Origin: Bacilli bacterium
Lineage (GTDB): Bacteria > Bacillota_I > Bacilli_A > RF39 > UBA660
Assembly: GCA_017438635.1 (NCBI GenBank)
Contig: JAFRUZ010000011.1
Span: 74,357 to 138,356, forward strand
Length of the DNA stretch: 64,000 nt
Reading direction: 5' to 3'
The translations under genes and the position numbers were made by a program. The stretch's first letter is position 1, and each line of letters begins with the position of its first letter. The notes beneath the pieces were generated by a model, which did no database searches, was not told the origin of the DNA, and saw nothing but the letters and a program-made list of their open reading frames with translations. Below are positions 21,172-29,921 of this stretch, one piece after another.

Positions 21172-22248
21172 TTAATTAATAAATTCATCTATATAATTAT
21201 ACATTTCTTCTAAATCATTTTCGTTGAAACTATGACCAGCACCTTTGATTATTTTTAAATGTCCTCCGTATTTATCTATAAATGAAACTACATCTTGAAG
21301 AGATGCTACTTCATCATTATCTCCATGTATTATTAATAATTTATCAGTATCAATAGTAATATCCATATCAAATATATCAGTATTTTTTAATTCCTCAATA
21401 AAGTCTTTTTCTATTGGTACTCCAAAAACTATTTGTTTATGATTATCGATTGCTTGTTTATTAAACTTATATAAACTTTCATACATTTTTAATGCTGGGC
21501 TTCTAAGTATTATTTTACTATATCTATCTGGATTTTTAATTGCAGATATAAGTGCCAAATAACCACCGAAACTCATTCCTAAAATAATCTTTTCTACATT
21601 TGCTTGTTTTTTATCTATAAAACTATTTACTCTTTCTATAAGATCAAAACATTTTTTTAGTGATAAATTCTCAGAATTTGAATTATGCCCAGGAAGATCA
21701 AAAGCTATATAACCAGTATCTGTTCCTTTGCATTTTTCTTTTACACAAGTATTGGTAGAACCATACATATCACTACTATATCCATGTAACATTATAAATA
21801 CTCTTTTACAGTTTTCAGGTATGTAATAATCATAGAAATATCCGTTTTCATATAAGTATTCTATTGCAGCTTCAAATGTATCTATAGTATCTTCATAATA
21901 AAAGTACTCTTTTGCTTCTTTAATATTTACCCATTTAGCTTCAAGAAGTTCATTAGGATCAATAACTAAATCATCTGATATAGTTTTTCCTATAAAGAAT
22001 ACTACATCTTTCATAACTCCAGCTTTTGGACTATAAGTTATTACTTTTCTAAAACCATTATCTATTTCTACATCGATATTTGTCTCTTCTTTTATTTCTC
22101 TTATAGCAGTTTCTTCTTCTGTTTCACCTTCTTCTACGTGCCCTTTAGGAAAATGCCAACAATCATCGTGTTGTCTTATTATTAAAAACTTAATCCCATC
22201 ATTTTCCTTTTTTATTACTACCGCTCCACAAGACTTTTCTTTTTTCAT
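21172..22248 (-). CDS. NUDIX hydrolase fused to an alpha/beta-hydrolase (esterase) domain
   Basis: N-terminal Nudix box GHVEEGETEEETAIREIKEETNI. The C-terminal half has GMSFGGYLAL (GxSxG nucleophile elbow) and a …HGDND… region. Confidence 0.7.
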   Translation of the reverse strand: MKKEKSCGAVVIKKENDGIKFLIIRQHDDCWHFPKGHVEEGETEEETAIREIKEETNIDVEIDNGFRKVITYSPKAGVMKDVVFFIGKTISDDLVIDPNELLEAKWVNIKEAKEYFYYEDTIDTFEAAIEYLYENGYFYDYYIPENCKRVFIMLHGYSSDMYGSTNTCVKEKCKGTDTGYIAFDLPGHNSNSENLSLKKCFDLIERVNSFIDKKQANVEKIILGMSFGGYLALISAIKNPDRYSKIILRSPALKMYESLYKFNKQAIDNHKQIVFGVPIEKDFIEELKNTDIFDMDITIDTDKLLIIHGDNDEVASLQDVVSFIDKYGGHLKIIKGAGHSFNENDLEEMYNYIDEFIN

Positions 22249-22287
22249 AAACATCACCAAATATATTTTAACATAAAAAGAAAGTAA

Positions 22288-22899
22288 TTAAATACTTTCT
22301 TTATTCTTTTTTATGTATGATTCTAATTCTTCTTTCCAACTACTAGAAAGTTCTTCATCTTCATACATCATACGACAAGCACAACCTACGGCATCAAATA
22401 ATTTGGAAGTTCCTTTTCTATCTTTTACGTAGTTTGAAATGTTACTCTCTCTTATACCTATACTACTTCCTTCAGCATAAGAATCAATTCCTGCTCCTAT
22501 ATAAATGAATTCCCAATCTTTATGCTTTTTAATGAGATTTCTTATTTGTTTTTTGTTAAACTCTTTGGAAGCATTTTCTAATCCATCTGTCGTAATAACA
22601 AACATAACCTTTTTAGGCTTGCAACTATCAATATAATTAATTGTTTTACCTATAGCATCAAGAAGTGCAGTACAACCTCTTACATAGTATTCATCTTTAG
22701 TAATTTTCTTAACTTTTTTAATATCTACTCTATCATGTAACATTTCATATTGATCATCAAATAATACTGTAGTTACTTTAGCGTTTTTATCTTTTTGTTT
22801 GCTTAAATAACTATTATAACCTCCAATAGTATCAGATTCCAAACCTCCCATAGAACCACTTCTATCAAGTAAAAATACAATATCCATTTCTTTTTTCAT
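22288..22899 (-). CDS. von Willebrand factor A (vWA) domain protein
   Basis: MIDAS motif DRSGSM. This is the first gene of the vWA-NUDIX-Sir2-PncC minus-strand cluster. Confidence 0.65.
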   Translation of the reverse strand: MKKEMDIVFLLDRSGSMGGLESDTIGGYNSYLSKQKDKNAKVTTVLFDDQYEMLHDRVDIKKVKKITKDEYYVRGCTALLDAIGKTINYIDSCKPKKVMFVITTDGLENASKEFNKKQIRNLIKKHKDWEFIYIGAGIDSYAEGSSIGIRESNISNYVKDRKGTSKLFDAVGCACRMMYEDEELSSSWKEELESYIKKNKESI

Positions 22900-22972
22900 A
22901 AAATATCTCTCCTTTCTGCTATAATAGTACTATAAACAAAACCTTAATTGGTCACTTGAAAGGAGACAATTT

Positions 22973-23476
22973 ATGAATAAAAAATTAAGACAATATATAA
23001 AAGAAAACTTAGAAAAAACAAGAGAAAAAAGAGCCTTCTTAGGAAGTGCTAACAAAATGGTTTTTGAAGAAGTAGATTATTGTAGAGCCTGTGAATCTTC
23101 ACTAAGTATTAATAATTATATAAATGATAATAAGAATGAAAATAAGTTTCAAACACTTCTATTTAAATATATAGATGAGAGAGAATTAAAAGATAGTGAT
23201 GTTTATAATAAAGTACACTTAGATAGAAGATTATTCTCAAAAATAAGAAATGATATAGATTATCATCCAAGTAAAGAAACAGTTATCTTACTTGGAATAT
23301 CACTAGAGTTAAGTGAAGAAGAAATTGAAAGTCTTTTAGAAAGTGCATCTTATTCTTTACCTAAAAATAATTACTATGATTTAATTATTAGATTTTGTTT
23401 TAAAGAAGGAATATATGATTTAAAGACAATAAATGATTTCTTAGATGAATATAATCAAAAAATGTTTAGTTATTAA
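22973..23476 (+). CDS. Hypothetical protein
   Basis: 167-aa ORF divergent from the vWA gene. No recognisable motif. Confidence 0.35.
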   Translation: MNKKLRQYIKENLEKTREKRAFLGSANKMVFEEVDYCRACESSLSINNYINDNKNENKFQTLLFKYIDERELKDSDVYNKVHLDRRLFSKIRNDIDYHPSKETVILLGISLELSEEEIESLLESASYSLPKNNYYDLIIRFCFKEGIYDLKTINDFLDEYNQKMFSY

Positions 23477-23485
23477 CTAAACATT

Positions 23486-24964
23486 TTATTTTATTACTTC
23501 AAGTAATTTTTCATATATTTTAACCATTGCATATGTATCAAGTTCACAGTATTTTAGCATATTCTCTCTTAAAGTTTCTTGTTCTTCTTCACTAAGTTCT
23601 GCTAAAGACAAATAAGCATTACTTGCTTCATCACCTTTATGTACTTGATCTAAATTATGATAATCTAAACTAGGATCATCTGGAAATAGTGCTGGTAAAA
23701 CACTTTTTATTGAAGCACTACCACCCATTTCTTTTACATAATAATCTTGATTTTTAAATGGTGGAAGTAAATCTTTTATATTGTCCACTATATTTAATAA
23801 ATGATCTCTAAATTCAGGAAATAGTGCTGCCATTTCTTTTAATCTAGATATTTCAAAAGATTGGTTATACACAAGAACACAAGAGTCCTTAGGAATATCT
23901 TCACATAACCTTTTACATAATCCATACATAGGATTACCTTCATAATCATCACTTAAATACTCTTTGTGAAAGAGTTCTCCATTCTTCTCTAAATAATAAT
24001 GCAAACTATATTGAAAACATATTTGCTGATATGGTTTTGTCCCTTCTATTGTAGGAATTGGGACTTGATATGACTCAAAATCTAAAAAGTATAATGGATA
24101 TGTAAATGTATTAAGTAATGCTTCTATATTATCTTTATTTATTTTAGGTTCTAGATTATAAAGTTCATAATTCATTTGCGTATCAGCTTTTGGATTTAAG
24201 CCTCCGGCTCCTAAAATGTCCGAATAAGAAGTTTTACCATTATAATACATGCTAAGCTTTTTATCAAAACGAGTATTCCATCCTATATCAAAAACATTTG
24301 GAGAAGGAAGGTTTCTGGTGCAATATTTAAAAAATGGACAATCATATGGATCAAAGCATTGCCTACCTATATCATCATCTGGTTCTTCAGTTTGCTCCAT
24401 ATATTTATTAATATCTTCGATATTAGATTTTACTTCATCTAATTTAGCTATAGCATCACTAGTTATATCATTTTTAATAAATAATTCATCTAAATCAAGA
24501 TTACCATTTAAAACATAATCTTTATTTAGTATAACAACATAACATTTAGTTACATTAAATCCCAAACTAGTAAGTACATAATACTGATAAGATGCATCAT
24601 TTATATATATATCTTTTAAATGAGTAGAACTTTTTACCTCGTATATTTCAAAAGTATCTCCTTCTTTTTTTAATATATCAACGCTACAAAAATTATTATT
24701 ATAATTAAAAGATGCTTCAGTAATAATTACATTCTCATTCTCTAGTGCTTTTTCAGTATCTTTTATCATCTCATTTAAATCTTCATTAAAAGCAATATTT
24801 ATATCTTCACCAAAAAGTTTACGAGCAACTTCATGTACATCATTACCGTTATCAAATACTGCTTGATTATCTATTTCTTCCTGTTCTTCAGGTTTATACT
24901 TATAAAGCCATAACATTTTTTTACATTGAATTCCGTTACAATACTTAGATTTTGATAAATTCAT
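23486..24964 (-). CDS. DUF2779-like protein with predicted PD-(D/E)XK/Cas4-like nuclease elements
   Basis: N-terminus MNLSKSKYCNGIQCKKMLWLYKYKPEE is typical of DUF2779. Cys clusters at CFDPYDCPFFKYC. Confidence 0.45.
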   Translation of the reverse strand: MNLSKSKYCNGIQCKKMLWLYKYKPEEQEEIDNQAVFDNGNDVHEVARKLFGEDINIAFNEDLNEMIKDTEKALENENVIITEASFNYNNNFCSVDILKKEGDTFEIYEVKSSTHLKDIYINDASYQYYVLTSLGFNVTKCYVVILNKDYVLNGNLDLDELFIKNDITSDAIAKLDEVKSNIEDINKYMEQTEEPDDDIGRQCFDPYDCPFFKYCTRNLPSPNVFDIGWNTRFDKKLSMYYNGKTSYSDILGAGGLNPKADTQMNYELYNLEPKINKDNIEALLNTFTYPLYFLDFESYQVPIPTIEGTKPYQQICFQYSLHYYLEKNGELFHKEYLSDDYEGNPMYGLCKRLCEDIPKDSCVLVYNQSFEISRLKEMAALFPEFRDHLLNIVDNIKDLLPPFKNQDYYVKEMGGSASIKSVLPALFPDDPSLDYHNLDQVHKGDEASNAYLSLAELSEEEQETLRENMLKYCELDTYAMVKIYEKLLEVIK

Positions 24965-25009
24965 ACTATCACCTAAGAATATTATAACACAAAAAAAGAT
25001 ACTAAAAAT

Positions 25010-25297
25010 CTATTCTTCAGTATCTTCAGTATCTTCTTTATTATCATCATTACTATTATTTTGTAATTTAACTATTGTTTCTTGTATTTTTGTTTCTTCT
25101 ACATTATCTACTTGATACCAACCACATTCTACCATTTTATCATAAGTATCTGCTTGCATAGACATAATGTTATCTAAGCACTCTTTTAAATGCTCTCTAA
25201 CATCACTATTAGAACTTTCAAGTGTTCCATGTACATAAACTTCTACAGTGCTTTTAAGAACTAATAAATAGTTATCCATTAATAATTGATCATTCAT
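25010..25297 (-). CDS. Spore-coat-F-like (Coat_F domain) small protein
   Basis: …DQLLMDNYLLVLKSTVEVYVHGTLES…ECGWYQV resembles the CotF/YhcQ Coat_F domain. Confidence 0.45.
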   Translation of the reverse strand: MNDQLLMDNYLLVLKSTVEVYVHGTLESSNSDVREHLKECLDNIMSMQADTYDKMVECGWYQVDNVEETKIQETIVKLQNNSNDDNKEDTEDTEE

Positions 25298-25481
25298 TTA
25301 CCTTAGCCTCCAATAAACTAACTAATCCTTCTTTTATAGAAGTATGATTTTCAATGTTTTCTTCTATAAATGAAACTAGTTCTTCATCTTCCAAATTCTT
25401 AGATGTATCTTCTAAAACAGATATTATTGTAGATTCATGTCCTATGGCATCTTCTACATAAGATAATTCTTTTTGTGTCAT
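25290..25481 (-). CDS. Small hypothetical protein co-operonic with the Coat_F-like gene
   Basis: RBS GGGAGG before MTQKEL. It overlaps the downstream gene. Confidence 0.4.
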   Translation of the reverse strand: MTQKELSYVEDAIGHESTIISVLEDTSKNLEDEELVSFIEENIENHTSIKEGLVSLLEAKVNE

Positions 25482-25547
25482 ATTTTTCCTCCCAGTATTA
25501 ATATGAACAAAAACAAAAGAAATAAACATAAAAAAATAACCTAATGG

Positions 25548-26669
25548 TTATTTTCTAACTCTTTGTCTTCCAGTTTCTAATAAATCTTTAGTAAGACTAA
25601 TCTCTTCATTCTTATTATATTTTTGAGTCATGATATCATATAAAACTTTATTTTGAACTTCAGAAACTAATATTTGAAGTCCTCTTGCACCTACTCCCAT
25701 ATCGTAAGCATCATTAGCTAGTTTACGTACAAGTCCACTATCATACTTCACATTTTCATAATCAAATCTTTTAAAAGTTCTTACAAGATTATTAAGTGGA
25801 CTTATTTCAGAATGTAATAGTATGTTTTCATAATCTTCTATATCATACTTCTTAGTATTAGCAATCACTTTTATCTTTTTAAAGAAATCAGGACTCATAT
25901 TAGTATTAATACATTCTTTAATAGTAATATTTTCATTTGAAGTATCACTATCACAAAATCCCGGAGTTTTTACTAATCCTCTATCATTAACACCTTTTTT
26001 CTTCAAATTTGAAAAATCACCACTTAATACAAAAGTTAATTTACTAGTATCAAAAGGAACTTCTACTGGAGGATTATCACCTTGATTTATTGAAAATTGA
26101 CATATCTCACCACTCATAAGAGCAACTATTGCCTCTTGAATATATTTTCTAGCATCTATAGAGCCATAATCAGAATTATTTGCAATTTTATCAATCTCAT
26201 CAATAACTACAATACCTCTTTCAGCAAATTCTAACTGACCATCTGCTTTTAGTAATAAATCATAAAGAATTTCATTAGTAGAAAAATCATTTTCAAAAAA
26301 CTTAGATATATTAGTAATAGTAACAGGTATAGCAAGTTTAGAGGCTATATCATTTATAATTGCAGACTTACCAGTTCCAGTGGGGCCTTCCAACAGAATT
26401 GAAATTTTTCTAGATTCTAAATCAATTAAATCTAAAGTTTCTTGTTCACTAATTTCATTAAGTAAAAGTTGATTGTATAAAATATTAGAAATTAAAGTTC
26501 TAATAGCCTCATCTTGTCCTACTATTCTATTACTAACATAGTTCATAAGGTCATCAAGATCAAAATTATCTTCAAGCATCTCTTCTTCTACTTCCTCTGA
26601 TTCTTCTTTTTTATTTCTACGTAAAATAGATATAACTTTTTGTCTTATATTAAGCTGTTTTATATTCAT
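25548..26669 (-). CDS. AAA+ ATPase (ClpX/HslU-like chaperone ATPase without zinc finger)
   Basis: Walker A LLEGPTGTGKS and Walker B VVIDEIDKI. Confidence 0.55.
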   Translation of the reverse strand: MNIKQLNIRQKVISILRRNKKEESEEVEEEMLEDNFDLDDLMNYVSNRIVGQDEAIRTLISNILYNQLLLNEISEQETLDLIDLESRKISILLEGPTGTGKSAIINDIASKLAIPVTITNISKFFENDFSTNEILYDLLLKADGQLEFAERGIVVIDEIDKIANNSDYGSIDARKYIQEAIVALMSGEICQFSINQGDNPPVEVPFDTSKLTFVLSGDFSNLKKKGVNDRGLVKTPGFCDSDTSNENITIKECINTNMSPDFFKKIKVIANTKKYDIEDYENILLHSEISPLNNLVRTFKRFDYENVKYDSGLVRKLANDAYDMGVGARGLQILVSEVQNKVLYDIMTQKYNKNEEISLTKDLLETGRQRVRK

Positions 26670-26745
26670 CTTAACACCCCACTTAATTTAATTATTTTAT
26701 TTGCTTATTTAAATTTAGTCAAGAATAAATCCCGAATTTTTAACT

Positions 26746-27567
26746 TTATTTGTAGTTATCTAAAAATGATTCATATTTTCCATCTTTTTTAGTACCTAAA
26801 ATACAATTTAGATTAATATTATCATAAGCTTTAAAAATACGTTCATCCATTTTTTTATCTGTTTTTCTTAATTCTTTAATCAGTTTTTTTACTTCTTCTC
26901 TTTTGCTTTCTTTTATACTTAAATTATATTCTTCAGTAAACTTACAAGCACAGTTTAAGAAAGAAATATTATTATATTTAGACCAAGATATTATATCTTC
27001 TTCTTTTATTAAGTATAAAGGTCTAACAAGTTCAAGACCTGGGAAATTATCACTGTGAAGTTTTGGCATCATAGTCTTAATTTCAGAGCCATATAAAAGA
27101 GATAATAAACTTGTTTCAATAACATCATCAAAATGATGTCCAAGGGCTATTTTATTACAACCTAGTTCTTTTGCTTTGCTATATAAATAACCTCTTCTCA
27201 TCCTGGCACATAAGTAACAAGGACTCTTTCCTCCAACTTTATCTACTACTTCAAAAATATCACTTTCAAAAATCTCAATTGGAAGATTAAGTATCTTTGC
27301 ATTCTCTTTTATTCTATTTAAATTCTTTTCCGTATAACCAGGATTCATAACAACATAATGAGCAGTAAAAGGTATCTTACTGTGTCTTGCAAGTTCTTGT
27401 ATACACTTTGCTAATAAAAATGAATCTTTTCCTCCACTTATACAGACCATAATACTATCATTTTCTTCTATTAAATAGTACTCTTTTATCGCTTTAACAA
27501 ATTTACTCCATATTTCTTTCCTAAATCTTTTAATTATGCTTCTTTCAATTTCTTGATATCTTTCCAT
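26746..27567 (-). CDS. ttcA: PP-loop ATPase, tRNA 2-thiocytidine synthetase TtcA-like
   Basis: SGGKDS PP-loop motif and paired Cys motifs (CYLC, CAC). The start was refined to MERYQ. Confidence 0.7.
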   Translation of the reverse strand: MERYQEIERSIIKRFRKEIWSKFVKAIKEYYLIEENDSIMVCISGGKDSFLLAKCIQELARHSKIPFTAHYVVMNPGYTEKNLNRIKENAKILNLPIEIFESDIFEVVDKVGGKSPCYLCARMRRGYLYSKAKELGCNKIALGHHFDDVIETSLLSLLYGSEIKTMMPKLHSDNFPGLELVRPLYLIKEEDIISWSKYNNISFLNCACKFTEEYNLSIKESKREEVKKLIKELRKTDKKMDERIFKAYDNINLNCILGTKKDGKYESFLDNYK

Positions 27568-27631
27568 ATAACCACCACTACAGTTATTAATTATAGCATA
27601 AAAAAAGTAGACTTTCATCTACTTTATAAAA

Positions 27632-28270
27632 CTATGCTGATTCTTTTCCACAACTAGGACAGAATTTTGAATCACTTTTCATTTCTGCTCCACATTGTGA
27701 ACAGAATTTTTTATTAGAATTAGAATTAGTTTTTAATATTTCTTGCGCTTTTTTAAACACAACATCATTCATTGGGTTACTATTTCCAACATATTCTGCT
27801 TTACCAAATCCTAAAACAGGATAGAAAACAACTGGTAAAAGAATAAGTCCTACTGCAAATGAATCACTTTTACCAAAAGCTCTTGCAGTACTAACACCTA
27901 GTATAATCATAAAGTATACTGATATAACAAGAGAAATATAAGAACCTATATGTGGTATTTCTCCAAGCATACCTCCAAGAAATACAATTAATACCCACCA
28001 AGGAGATATTCCAACCATTTTACATTGTACAACTTGATTATAAAATGGAATTATAGCAGCCCATCCAGGTTGTTTTCCTTTTTTGAACATCATTATTTGG
28101 GCTATTAGTATTAAAATTGCACATATTACAACTATTATAGCAAAAACAATGAAGAAACCCACTACAAAATTAATAACGCCTTGAGGTATCTCACTACCAT
28201 TTACTGTACCATTAGAACCAAAGCTTTCCAAAAAACCATTAATATCAAAATTTTCCATATTATATTCCAT
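27632..28270 (-). CDS. Membrane protein with C-terminal zinc-ribbon (DUF5684-like)
   Basis: Several TM helices. The C-terminus has CSQCGAEMKSDSKFCPSCG. Confidence 0.5.
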   Translation of the reverse strand: MEYNMENFDINGFLESFGSNGTVNGSEIPQGVINFVVGFFIVFAIIVVICAILILIAQIMMFKKGKQPGWAAIIPFYNQVVQCKMVGISPWWVLIVFLGGMLGEIPHIGSYISLVISVYFMIILGVSTARAFGKSDSFAVGLILLPVVFYPVLGFGKAEYVGNSNPMNDVVFKKAQEILKTNSNSNKKFCSQCGAEMKSDSKFCPSCGKESA

Positions 28271-28325
28271 ACTATTACTCCTTTCGAATATATTATAAAT
28301 CTTTTTTATTTAAAATCAAATATTT

Positions 28326-29390
28326 TTAATAATGAGGTCTTGCCCTTTCAATAGTAACATTATGACTACCATAGTTATACTCATCATTTAATCCGCCTAC
28401 TCTATTTTGAGTTTTGCAAGTAAATGGGTTTAGACATATATTATGACCACCTGATGTTTCTACACCAGTTGTAACTAAACCAATTAGTTTCGGAGCTACT
28501 AAGATAAACATTAATAATCCAACAACTCCTACTACAATAGCAACTGCAAGTGCTTTATTATCTTCCACTTCAGCTTCTCCTACTACTCTAATATGAGTAT
28601 TCTTTGTAGTCCATTTTAACATCTTGATTCTTAACCACCAACCATATATACCAAATGTAATTAATGTTAAGAATAGCCATAGTAAGTATTTTCCAAATAG
28701 ATTTAAAGCCCCACCTGTAAAGGCAATTCTCTTTTTATTAATAATTGTATGTTTGCTTAACCATTTAAGTCTAAAACATGTAGTAAATGTAAATAAAAGT
28801 CCTAAACTAATAGAGTTTAATATCAAACATAAAATATTTAACCCAATTAGATGAGAAGTTTTTCCATCAAAGAAACTTTCTCCTTTTATTAATTGTTCAT
28901 CTTCAAAATGAAGATTAGATACTAACCATCTTTGTTTTCTTACTGGTATAAAAAATGCATAAATACCAAATGTTATAATTGTAAGGAAAAACCATTTAAA
29001 ATAGTTAACAAATAGATCTCCACCCTTACCTTCGAATTTCAATCTTTTTCCATTATAAACAGTATGATTATATTCATATGCATATAACATACACTGAGCC
29101 CACGGTCTTCCTATAGAAAATGTAACTACTGTTATAAGACCTGCCAGAATACGCCAGCCAATAAGTTCAAGTAAACCACCATCAAAATAAGAATCAGTTC
29201 TAACTTGTTTTTCAGGTAGCACTACTTCTTGAAATTGTGGAGCTACTTCTTCATAAACTGGAGCAGCAGCTTCAGGTTGAACAGGTACAGCAGCCTCAGG
29301 ATTACTTACTACTTCTGGTTGTACTCCGTCATTAGGTACTACATTACCATCAGTAGTAGGGTTCATATTATTATTAGGTACTTCATTCAT
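28326..29390 (-). CDS. DUF898 (YjgN-like) membrane protein with internal duplication
   Basis: Two copies of the …ITFGIY(A/G)(F/W)… TM-pair module. The N-terminal region is Pro/Val-rich. Confidence 0.6.
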   Translation of the reverse strand: MNEVPNNNMNPTTDGNVVPNDGVQPEVVSNPEAAVPVQPEAAAPVYEEVAPQFQEVVLPEKQVRTDSYFDGGLLELIGWRILAGLITVVTFSIGRPWAQCMLYAYEYNHTVYNGKRLKFEGKGGDLFVNYFKWFFLTIITFGIYAFFIPVRKQRWLVSNLHFEDEQLIKGESFFDGKTSHLIGLNILCLILNSISLGLLFTFTTCFRLKWLSKHTIINKKRIAFTGGALNLFGKYLLWLFLTLITFGIYGWWLRIKMLKWTTKNTHIRVVGEAEVEDNKALAVAIVVGVVGLLMFILVAPKLIGLVTTGVETSGGHNICLNPFTCKTQNRVGGLNDEYNYGSHNVTIERARPHY

Positions 29391-29481
29391 AAAAAAACAC
29401 TTCCTTATTATATATTAATAATATCATATAAGTAATAATTTACAACATTTTTTTCACAATAAAAACAAAGAAAAGTGTAAA

Positions 29482-29751
29482 CTAAATTACTCTTTTCTTA
29501 ACATGTTTCATATTTTTAAACTCAGATATAGTCATTATTAAATTTTTTTGAGCAGCACAAGCACAACAAGTAATACTATTACATATCCAAAATGAATTAT
29601 TAGAAAAATCAACAACAAAAGGAAACTTACTGTTTTCTATCTCACCAGAAGTTAAAAAATGTTCCTCTAAATCATAGTTTTCATGAATATAATTATAAAA
29701 CTCTACTCTTAAAGAAGAATTGCTTTCTCCTATAATAAATTGTTTTCTCAT
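29482..29751 (-). CDS. Small Cys-rich hypothetical protein, the first ORF downstream of the SAM-I riboswitch
   Basis: 89 aa with a CNSITCCACAAQ cluster. The ATG lies about 30 nt after the riboswitch terminator. Confidence 0.4.
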   Translation of the reverse strand: MRKQFIIGESNSSLRVEFYNYIHENYDLEEHFLTSGEIENSKFPFVVDFSNNSFWICNSITCCACAAQKNLIMTISEFKNMKHVKKRVI

Positions 29752-29784
29752 CTTATCCTCCTTTCTGAATCTTATAAAAGAAGA

Positions 29785-29905
29785 ATAAAAAATACCTAGA
29801 TAACCTAGGTATTGTTATCTTATAGCTCTAGCATTACCACCTAACTTAATAGGTTGGTGTGATTTCATAGGGCTAGTCCCTCCATCACTCTTTATAAGAT
29901 TCAAA
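29785..29905 (-). promoter_or_regulatory. SAM-I (S-box) riboswitch with intrinsic terminator
   Basis: Minus strand: P1 TCTTATA…TATAAGA. Core AAGAGTGATGGAGGGACTAGCCCTATGAAATCAC…CAACC matches the S-box consensus. The 3' element GGTGGTAATGC is present. The terminator is ACCTAGgttatCTAGGT followed by a U-run (plus-strand 29790-29812). An upstream TGTTATAAT extended -10 sits at plus-strand 29908-29918. Confidence 0.7.
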
Positions 29906-29921
29906 TATATTATAACATATT

